Assembly (NCBI GenBank): GCA_963664705.1
Contig: OY761556.1
Location: forward strand, 2,208,001 to 2,272,000
DNA: 64,000 nucleotides
Reading direction: 5' to 3'
Origin: Acidobacteriota bacterium
Lineage (GTDB): Bacteria; Acidobacteriota; UBA6911
Part shown: one piece after another, positions 57,261 through 64,000 of the stretch
Position numbering within the stretch: the first letter of the stretch is position 1
Layout: the number at the start of each line of letters is the position of its first letter
Translations under genes and position numbers: made by a program
The notes under the pieces: model-generated
Seen by the model: only the letters and a program-made list of their open reading frames with translations
Told to the model about the DNA's origin: nothing
Database searches by the model: none

Positions 57261-60200
57261 TTACCCCTGGTTTGCTATTGGCTGCGTTGCCTGTTTCCTG
57301 CGCGAAAATCTGAGCGCGAGGTCGTCGAGGAGCGAATATACCACCGGGACCGCGATCAGCGTCAGCAGGGTTGAAGTAATCAGGCCACCGATTACGGCTC
57401 GTGCCATGGGGGCGCGCATCTCCGAACCGGCTCCGATCTCAAATGCCAGAGGAAGCATGCCGAAAATCATAGCCATGGTGGTCATGACAATCGGGCGGAA
57501 ACGAGTTCGTCCCGCTTCTATCAGGGCGGCCGATCGATCCTTTCCTTCCAGCCTCAATCGCTTTGTGTAATCAATCAGCAGGATGGCGTTTTTCGTCACG
57601 AGCCCCATGAGCAGGATAAGTCCGATCATCGACATGATGTTCAGCGTATCCCCCGTGGTCAACAGGACCGCAGCCACGCCTATCAGGGACAGCGGCAGGG
57701 AAAGCATGATCGCGAGCGGATGAGTAAAACTGCCGAACTGGGAAGCCAGGATCAGATAAATGAACACAACAGCCAGGATGAGTGCGTCATAAATGGAGTC
57801 AAAGCTTTCCGACATATTTTCCGACTCGCCGGTAAAGGCAACCGAATATCCGGTCGGGAATTTGTAATTCTCCAGTTTTGCCTTAATATCATCCTCCACA
57901 TTCCCCATGGGACGGCCGGCAGTATTGGCCAGGACGCGGACCTCTCGCACGAGATCCAAATGTCGGATCTGGGCAGAACTCGATCCCCTTTGGAAATTGG
58001 CCACCTGGCCCACAGGAATCAGGAGATCTCCGCCACTGGAATTTTTTTTCGAGCTCAACAGGTCGATATCCCCTAGAGTGTCGATCGACTTCCGTTGCTC
58101 GTCCGAGAGCCGAACTCTTACATCATAGGAATCGCCGTCCTTGTCCTCGTATTGCGTGGCGACTTCTCCATTCAACAGCGTTCGCAGCGTCATGGCCAGC
58201 AGTTCAAGATTGATCCCAAGGTCCGAAGCCAGCTTGCGGTCTACCTGCACGCGTATCTCCGGCTTATCCCGATCCAAGCTCCTGTCAACATCCACCGCGC
58301 CGGGAACACTCCGGACTATGGCAGCTACCTCCGCAGAAACCTTGTCAATGCCCTCCATATCGAGCCCTTTGACACTGATCTGCAGCGGTCTGGAATCTCC
58401 CATATCCGCGACATCTTCAAGGCTGATAATGGCACGGCCATAATCGGTCAGCTCACTTCTCAACTTGCTGCGAAGCGCATCATCCGATAATGGGCGTTCC
58501 TTGGCCGACTTCAGCTTCACATAGATCACTCCCTCGTTGAGAGCAGAACTGGAACCGGCGCCAATAGTCGTGAAGGTATAGGCTATCCCCGGCTTGCTCG
58601 CAATATGTCGGACAATCTCGTTGGAGATCTCTTCTGTCTGCTCCAGTGTATTGCCGGGATTGGTTTTAAAACTTACCTGGAATTCGCCGCGATCATAGGA
58701 CGGCATGAAATCCTGTCCCAGTCGATCAAGGGCAAAAAGGCTGACGGCAAATACCGCCAAGGAAACGACCATGATCCAGCCGCGATGTCTCAATGAAAGA
58801 CCGATTGATTTTTCATATACATCCCGGAGTTTCATAAACTGGTTATCGAAGGATTCCAGAAGCCGCGACAGGCCGCGCCTCCGGCGGTTGGTTTCAACCG
58901 CGGGATCATACCAGCGGGAGGAGAGCATCGGGTCCATGGTAAACGATACGAACAGCGAAACCAGGACGGCGAAGGCGATGGTGATTCCGAATTCATAAAA
59001 GAACTGTCCGACAATTCCCTTCATGAAGGCGATCGGCACGAACACCGCGATAATAGAAAAGGTGGTGGCCATAACCGCAAGACCGATTTCAGAGGTTCCA
59101 AGCCTGGCCGCCTCGAAGTGATCCCGTCCGAACTGCATATGCCGAACAATGTTTTCCCGTACAACGATGGCATCGTCAATGAGCAGGCCGACAGACAAAG
59201 ACAGTCCCATCAGCGTCAGGATGTTCAGAGAAAATCCCAATACCCGCATGACGATAAACGCCGAAATAATTGAAACCGGCAAGGTAAGGCCGGTAATCAC
59301 CGTGCTGCGCCAGCTATTAAGGAACAGAAAGACAATAAAAATCGTGAAAATGGCGCCCAGGACCAGTGTGTTCTTTACATCATCGACCGATTCGCGAATG
59401 AAAAGAGACGAATCCCGAACCACGCTCAGATGAGCCTCGCCCGGCAGTTCCTGGTTCAGCTTCGGAAGCGCGGTCTTGATGGCTTCGGCAACATCCACCG
59501 TGTTGCTTCCCGACTGCTTGCGTAATTCAATCGCGAGCGCCCGTTTTTCATTGATAAGAGCCAGTGTTCTCTGCTCTTCATATCCATCGGAAATCCTGGC
59601 TATTTCTCCCAGATAAACCGGGACTCCCCGGATGGTTTTTACGATCAGGTTCTGGAACATTTCGGGATCTGTGATTTTGCCCTCTACTCGAACCAATTCC
59701 TCGACCGCGCCGCTGTTGATCTTGCCCGCGGGGACTTCCAGGTTTTCCTTTTTCAGTGCCAGCACAACTTCCGGCACAGTCAGGCTGTACGCTTTCATGC
59801 GCTCCGGGTTGAGAAAAACCTGGATCTCGCGTCGTTGGCCTCCGACAATGGAAAGCGATCCGACTCCTTCGATATTTTCGAGCCGCTTCCGAATGACCTT
59901 TTCGGTCAGAGAGGTCAGTTCCTTGGGCGAGAGCTTGGAGGAGCTCACCGACAGAGAAACAATCGGCATGTCGGCAGGGTCCATCCTCTCGATCACAGGA
60001 TCTTCCACTCCCGTCGGGAAATCCCGGCGGAGCGCACTCACTTTGCTCCGTACGTCCTGCGCGGCCGTATGCACATCCGTGCCGAGTTCAAACTCAATGA
60101 CCACAACCGAAACCCCCTCGGTGGTGGTGGAGGAAATGTGCTTGACCCCTTCAATCGGGTTGACCGACTCTTCGACCCGTTTGGTTACTTCGGTCTCCAC

Positions 60201-60374
60201 AGTTTCCGGTGCAACTCCCGGATAAATGGTCTGGACCGTTACCACCGGGAAATCAACATTCGGAAACAGGTCGATGGAAAGCTCTTTGTAGGAAAACACA
60301 CCCAGGACAACCAGGGCCACCATCATCATCGTGGCAAACACCGGCTGCTTCACCGAAAGGTCGGACAAAATCAT
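57261..60374 (-). CDS. RND efflux transporter permease (AcrB/HAE1 family)
   Basis: [34 protein letters not shown]; 1037 aa. Confidence 0.95.
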   Translation of the reverse strand: MILSDLSVKQPVFATMMMVALVVLGVFSYKELSIDLFPNVDFPVVTVQTIYPGVAPETVETEVTKRVEESVNPIEGVKHISSTTTEGVSVVVIEFELGTDVHTAAQDVRSKVSALRRDFPTGVEDPVIERMDPADMPIVSLSVSSSKLSPKELTSLTEKVIRKRLENIEGVGSLSIVGGQRREIQVFLNPERMKAYSLTVPEVVLALKKENLEVPAGKINSGAVEELVRVEGKITDPEMFQNLIVKTIRGVPVYLGEIARISDGYEEQRTLALINEKRALAIELRKQSGSNTVDVAEAIKTALPKLNQELPGEAHLSVVRDSSLFIRESVDDVKNTLVLGAIFTIFIVFLFLNSWRSTVITGLTLPVSIISAFIVMRVLGFSLNILTLMGLSLSVGLLIDDAIVVRENIVRHMQFGRDHFEAARLGTSEIGLAVMATTFSIIAVFVPIAFMKGIVGQFFYEFGITIAFAVLVSLFVSFTMDPMLSSRWYDPAVETNRRRRGLSRLLESFDNQFMKLRDVYEKSIGLSLRHRGWIMVVSLAVFAVSLFALDRLGQDFMPSYDRGEFQVSFKTNPGNTLEQTEEISNEIVRHIASKPGIAYTFTTIGAGSSSALNEGVIYVKLKSAKERPLSDDALRSKLRSELTDYGRAIISLEDVADMGDSRPLQISVKGLDMEGIDKVSAEVAAIVRSVPGAVDVDRSLDRDKPEIRVQVDRKLASDLGINLELLAMTLRTLLNGEVATQYEDKDGDSYDVRVRLSDEQRKSIDTLGDIDLLSSKKNSSGGDLLIPVGQVANFQRGSSSAQIRHLDLVREVRVLANTAGRPMGNVEDDIKAKLENYKFPTGYSVAFTGESENMSESFDSIYDALILAVVFIYLILASQFGSFTHPLAIMLSLPLSLIGVAAVLLTTGDTLNIMSMIGLILLMGLVTKNAILLIDYTKRLRLEGKDRSAALIEAGRTRFRPIVMTTMAMIFGMLPLAFEIGAGSEMRAPMARAVIGGLITSTLLTLIAVPVVYSLLDDLALRFSRRKQATQPIANQG

Positions 60375-60387
60375 GAGACAAACCCCG

Positions 60388-61539
60388 CTACTTTATTCGA
60401 ACCGAAATACCATCTTTCAAAGAAGGTCCAAGCTCCGTAATCACCATGTCTCCGGCGTCGAGACCGCGTGCAATCCATACGCGATCCTGCTGGGTCCCAC
60501 CGATCTGAATGGTCAGACGTCGGGCTTTCCCCTCCCGGATGACATAGACTCCCGCCGACTCGGATCCTTCTTTTTCAGGAATCAGGGAATCACGAGGAAT
60601 GATCAGTACATTCTTTTCTCGGCCCGTTGTGATCTCACCGCGCGCATACATTCCGCTGCGCAATTCCCCGCTGGGATTGCCGATCTTCAGCTTCAGCTTC
60701 ACCGAGCGGTTATCGGATTCCACCGTGGGATTGACAGCGGCGACAATTCCCGAGAACTTTCTCTCGGCCCAGGTAGGCGTGGTGAATTCGGCGGACTGGC
60801 CGACTCGAACCGTCGCCAGCTGATACGACGGGACCACGCATTCCAGCTCAAGCTGGCTGTTATCCACCAGGGTGCACACAGCGGTCCCCGGCGAAATCAG
60901 AGAGCCCTGATCCAGCAGCTTTTTCTGGACATGCCCGGATGCCGGCGCAAAAATCCGACAATCCTTCAGCGCTTTTGCGGCAATGGCAAGAGCCGCTCGA
61001 GCCTGGTTGCATTGAGCCTCCGCCAATCGAACCTGGGAATCCGCTTCTTTGACGCCGGTCATCGCCGCCTGGTGATCCTTCTGGGTAATTCCTCCGCTGC
61101 GCAGCAGATTATCGGCCCGCTCCTTTTCCGTTTTTGCATGCTCTGCTCCGACTTGCGCCCGTTCAACCCCGGCTTGCGCCACCGAAAGCGCAGCCTGCGC
61201 CTGATCATAGGAAAGTTGGTAATTGGTCGGGTCGATTTCAGCCAGGAGCTGATCCTTCCGAACCAGGTCGCCTTCCCTGAAATGAACGGCAATCAGGCGG
61301 CCTCCGACCTCCGGTTTTACATCGACCATTGAAAGAGAGCGCAGATCCCCGGATATGGAAACCGTCGAAACCCAGTCGCTTTTCTCCACCGCGGATGCCT
61401 TGACCGTCAGTGAGTCTTCGCCGGCCGCAAGCGGCTTTTCGGGACTGTTTTCACCTTTAGAATTGCTGCAGTTCCATTGGCTGCCCAACAACAGCAACAG
61501 AAAAGGCAGAAGCAATTGACGCAAATTCCAAGTTCTCAC
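60388..61539 (-). CDS. RND periplasmic adaptor (membrane fusion protein)
   Basis: V.PEVGG.L......EGD.V.K.Q.LA, coiled coil, I.AP.SG, LRSGMYA; possible lipoprotein Cys. Confidence 0.92.
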   Translation of the reverse strand: MRTWNLRQLLLPFLLLLLGSQWNCSNSKGENSPEKPLAAGEDSLTVKASAVEKSDWVSTVSISGDLRSLSMVDVKPEVGGRLIAVHFREGDLVRKDQLLAEIDPTNYQLSYDQAQAALSVAQAGVERAQVGAEHAKTEKERADNLLRSGGITQKDHQAAMTGVKEADSQVRLAEAQCNQARAALAIAAKALKDCRIFAPASGHVQKKLLDQGSLISPGTAVCTLVDNSQLELECVVPSYQLATVRVGQSAEFTTPTWAERKFSGIVAAVNPTVESDNRSVKLKLKIGNPSGELRSGMYARGEITTGREKNVLIIPRDSLIPEKEGSESAGVYVIREGKARRLTIQIGGTQQDRVWIARGLDAGDMVITELGPSLKDGISVRIK

Positions 61540-62894
61540 CGATCCCCCTCCTGGTCCAGCACTGGACTGCCCGAAGCCAGACGCAGACGTGCCTTTGCCA
61601 CTTCATAATCATAGGTTGCAAAAATATTATTGTTCTTGGCTTCCGCGACGGCCGTCTGAGAATCGACAACATCAAGCGTGGTGGCAGCTCCATACTGATA
61701 GTTGGACTGCATCATCGTCAGCACCTTTTCAGCCTGGCTGACGCTGAGTCTGGCCGCGGCAATTGCCTTTTCCGCGGATTTCATGTCGTCATACGCCTGC
61801 TTTACTTCCAATCGGACGTCGTTTTCCATCTGAGCCAGACGCTGTTCAGCGGCATGCATCCGGGACTGAGCCTGGTAAATCAAGCCCGCTTTGCGCCCGC
61901 TATCAAAAAACGGAAGCTTAAAATTGAATGTCAGATTCCAGCTTGAAAAATCGGTATTGAAAAAATTCTTTGGTTCTCTGACGGAGTATCCGTACGCCGC
62001 AGACATATCGACACTGAGCCTGTTCTCGGCGTTGGCAAGAGAAACCGTTAATCGAGACGCCTGAACCAACCGGCGGGTAGCCGTAAGCTCCGGACGGAAT
62101 TCAACCGCATGCCGCTGCAATTCCTCCAGCGATCCCGCCGCCCAGGGCTTATAAGCAAGTGATCCATCAATCTCCGTCGGCGTATCGAGGTCTACGACGA
62201 TCAGGCTGTTGATGCGGGCGCGCGCCAATTGAACTCTGTTTTCAGACCGTATCAGTTCGGGCTCGAGATTGGCGAGATTCACCTCAGATCGCAGTACATC
62301 GACCTCAGTCGCAACGCCGTCCTTGAATCGAACACGGGCCTGATCCAGGTGGTGCAGACGCTGGCGCCGTGTTTCCTGGGTCACTTCCCGGTTTGCCTGC
62401 ATGAGCAGAAGATTCTTAAAGGCCTGGAAGACCTTGTACGTCAACTGCTGCCGGACCGCTTCCTTGGACGCAGACTTTTCCTCCAGGCTTTCTTTGGCAA
62501 GCTGAAGAGCGGTTCGCACTTTTCCTGCCGTATAGAGGGGCTGCTTCACTTCAACATTCATGTTGAACATGTTGCTGGCCGTCGGCACCAGGGCATCCTT
62601 GAATTCCTGCGGCACTTTGTCGAAGCTGGAACTATTCAAAATACTGGGATCCCGGAGCCTTAAACCATACCCCTGAAAGGTGACCTGCGGGAATGCCCCC
62701 GATCTCACTTCGGTAATCTTTCCCTTCAGCTCTTCCATTTCATACTGGGCGATATGCACCTCAGGGTTACGCGATAACGCCAGTTTCACCGCTTCTTCGA
62801 GCGTAAGCTTCTGCGCCTTTTCCTCTGCGGGGCTGGCAACAGGAACAACTCCCTGCACCAGGAGCCCCAGCAAGAGCACTCGCATCCATTTCAT
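61536..62894 (-). CDS. TolC-family outer membrane efflux protein
   Basis: LTLEEAV.LAL..NP, QPLY.AG, G.AT..DV twice, LPFFD.G. Confidence 0.92.
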   Translation of the reverse strand: MKWMRVLLLGLLVQGVVPVASPAEEKAQKLTLEEAVKLALSRNPEVHIAQYEMEELKGKITEVRSGAFPQVTFQGYGLRLRDPSILNSSSFDKVPQEFKDALVPTASNMFNMNVEVKQPLYTAGKVRTALQLAKESLEEKSASKEAVRQQLTYKVFQAFKNLLLMQANREVTQETRRQRLHHLDQARVRFKDGVATEVDVLRSEVNLANLEPELIRSENRVQLARARINSLIVVDLDTPTEIDGSLAYKPWAAGSLEELQRHAVEFRPELTATRRLVQASRLTVSLANAENRLSVDMSAAYGYSVREPKNFFNTDFSSWNLTFNFKLPFFDSGRKAGLIYQAQSRMHAAEQRLAQMENDVRLEVKQAYDDMKSAEKAIAAARLSVSQAEKVLTMMQSNYQYGAATTLDVVDSQTAVAEAKNNNIFATYDYEVAKARLRLASGSPVLDQEGDR

Positions 62895-63502
62895 CTTCTG
62901 CCTCCGGCAGCTATACCTTTCGGTAAGGCATTTTTCTTTGGACTAGCGTCAGGCAGAATCATATCTACCAGCTTTTCAGCCTTTCCCCGAGTCAGGCTTG
63001 ACCGTCCGGTAAAGAAATATTCCAATATTTCGATCAGTACCATCCCCATCAGCGCGGTCGAGATGAGTTCAGAATCCTGTGAAGAGGAATCCCGATCATG
63101 CTCTCGTATCATCTTTGCAATGGTGAATCGTTCCCGCTGGCACTCCTGAAGGAAGTTGAAGCTCGGATACTCTCCCTCCGGGGAAAACATCATGCGGAAC
63201 AGCAGGCGAACGCTATTCGGATCCTCTTTGCTGTTGTTGAATTCGGAGTAGATATACCAGACCAGCTTGTCCCGCAGATTCCCGGGAAATTCCGATAAAG
63301 TCTGAAGATTTTTTTTGGTCCGGCTGAAGATATCGAGCATCAATTCCTGATACATATGCTCTTTGCTGTCAAAGTGATAATACAGGACCGGCTTAGTTAT
63401 CCCTGCAGCCTGACAGATCTCACGAATGGATGTCCCGGCATACCCCTTCCGGGCAAACAGCCCCTTAGCCGCATTCAGTATAGCGTCGCGTGCATTTTTC
63501 AT
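62891..63502 (-). CDS. TetR/AcrR family transcriptional regulator
   Basis: IL.AA..LFA.KGY.GTSIREI...AGITKP.LYYHF.SKE. Confidence 0.93.
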   Translation of the reverse strand: MKNARDAILNAAKGLFARKGYAGTSIREICQAAGITKPVLYYHFDSKEHMYQELMLDIFSRTKKNLQTLSEFPGNLRDKLVWYIYSEFNNSKEDPNSVRLLFRMMFSPEGEYPSFNFLQECQRERFTIAKMIREHDRDSSSQDSELISTALMGMVLIEILEYFFTGRSSLTRGKAEKLVDMILPDASPKKNALPKGIAAGGRR

Positions 63503-63513
63503 AGCGGACACTA

Positions 63514-63541
63514 ACTATACCGATCGGTAAAGATTTGTCAA
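63514..63541 (-). promoter_or_regulatory. Promoter of the tetR-efflux operon with an overlapping palindromic operator
   Basis: Minus-strand TTGACA (63536-63541), 16-bp spacer, TATAGT (63514-63519); perfect palindrome TACCGATCGGTA at 63518-63529. Confidence 0.72.
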
Positions 63542-63610
63542 GGGCGATTGGAGTATTGAACATCATGGTCGCCCGTGAACATATTCCGGCGCCATGATAT
63601 GCTGGAACTC

Positions 63611-63949
63611 ATGGGATATTTTGAGGACATTCAGCGCGCGGTAAAAAAGATTCCGCACGGCAAGGTCGCAACCTATGGCAGCGTGGCCAGCGCCGCGGGA
63701 TATTCCGGAACTGCCCGCCAGGTATCCTGGGCCCTGCGTGCGCACAATGCGGTAAGGCTTCCCTGGCAGCGGGTTCTTGGTTCAGGCGGAAAGATTCTTC
63801 TACCGGGAGAGTCCGGTTTGCACCAGCGTACGCTGCTGGAACTCGAAGGAGTACATTTTCGAGGAAACCGCGTGGATATGAACCGCCACGAATTTCACTT
63901 CGGGCTTCCCAAACAATCCGACAAAAAGCGGGCCCGGCGCTCCCCGTAA
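63611..63949 (+). CDS. Alkyltransferase-like protein (Atl/YbaZ type)
   Basis: IPHGKVATYG.VA..AG....ARQV; PWQRV with Trp in place of the MGMT Cys; QR.LL..EGV; start uncertain. Confidence 0.88.
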   Translation: MGYFEDIQRAVKKIPHGKVATYGSVASAAGYSGTARQVSWALRAHNAVRLPWQRVLGSGGKILLPGESGLHQRTLLELEGVHFRGNRVDMNRHEFHFGLPKQSDKKRARRSP

Positions 63950-64000
63950 GCCGCCGGCAATTCGAGGCCGGTTATGGCGCTTCTGTCTTCAGCGTGCGCT

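Overview
Bacterial chromosomal segment, moderately GC-rich with AT-rich promoter islands. Gene content suggests an anaerobic, Acidobacteriota-like organism (inference). It carries 2-oxoacid:ferredoxin oxidoreductase genes, a GTAG-type REP doublet with a two-gene DDE insertion sequence inserted into one of its small hairpins (14-bp TIRs, 13-bp duplicated target), yajQ, a UPF0182 protein and a panB-panE-panC-coaX operon led by a pan-like RNA. Next come tdh, tRNA-Asn(GTT), two sigma-54-driven PEP-CTERM genes in a partly deleted tandem duplication, a PurF lacking Cys1, a xanthine-dehydrogenase-family Mo subunit, a Tat ferredoxin plus AOR-family enzyme, a thiolase, a DUF2760-Hsp70-Hsp70 triad, nifS-nifU and a TetR-TolC-MFP-RND efflux operon. 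The main signal missed by the ORF track is two genes split at an in-frame TGA that sits at a Cys-like position and is followed by hairpins, so both are probable selenoproteins. One is an exported UxxC (UGSC-family-like) protein at 26311-28059. The other is a TrsS-like radical SAM enzyme at 35780-37093 in a reduced, rearranged Mo-enzyme-associated cluster. Family names come from motif recognition and recall, not database searches. No CRISPR array, rRNA or integrase was seen.
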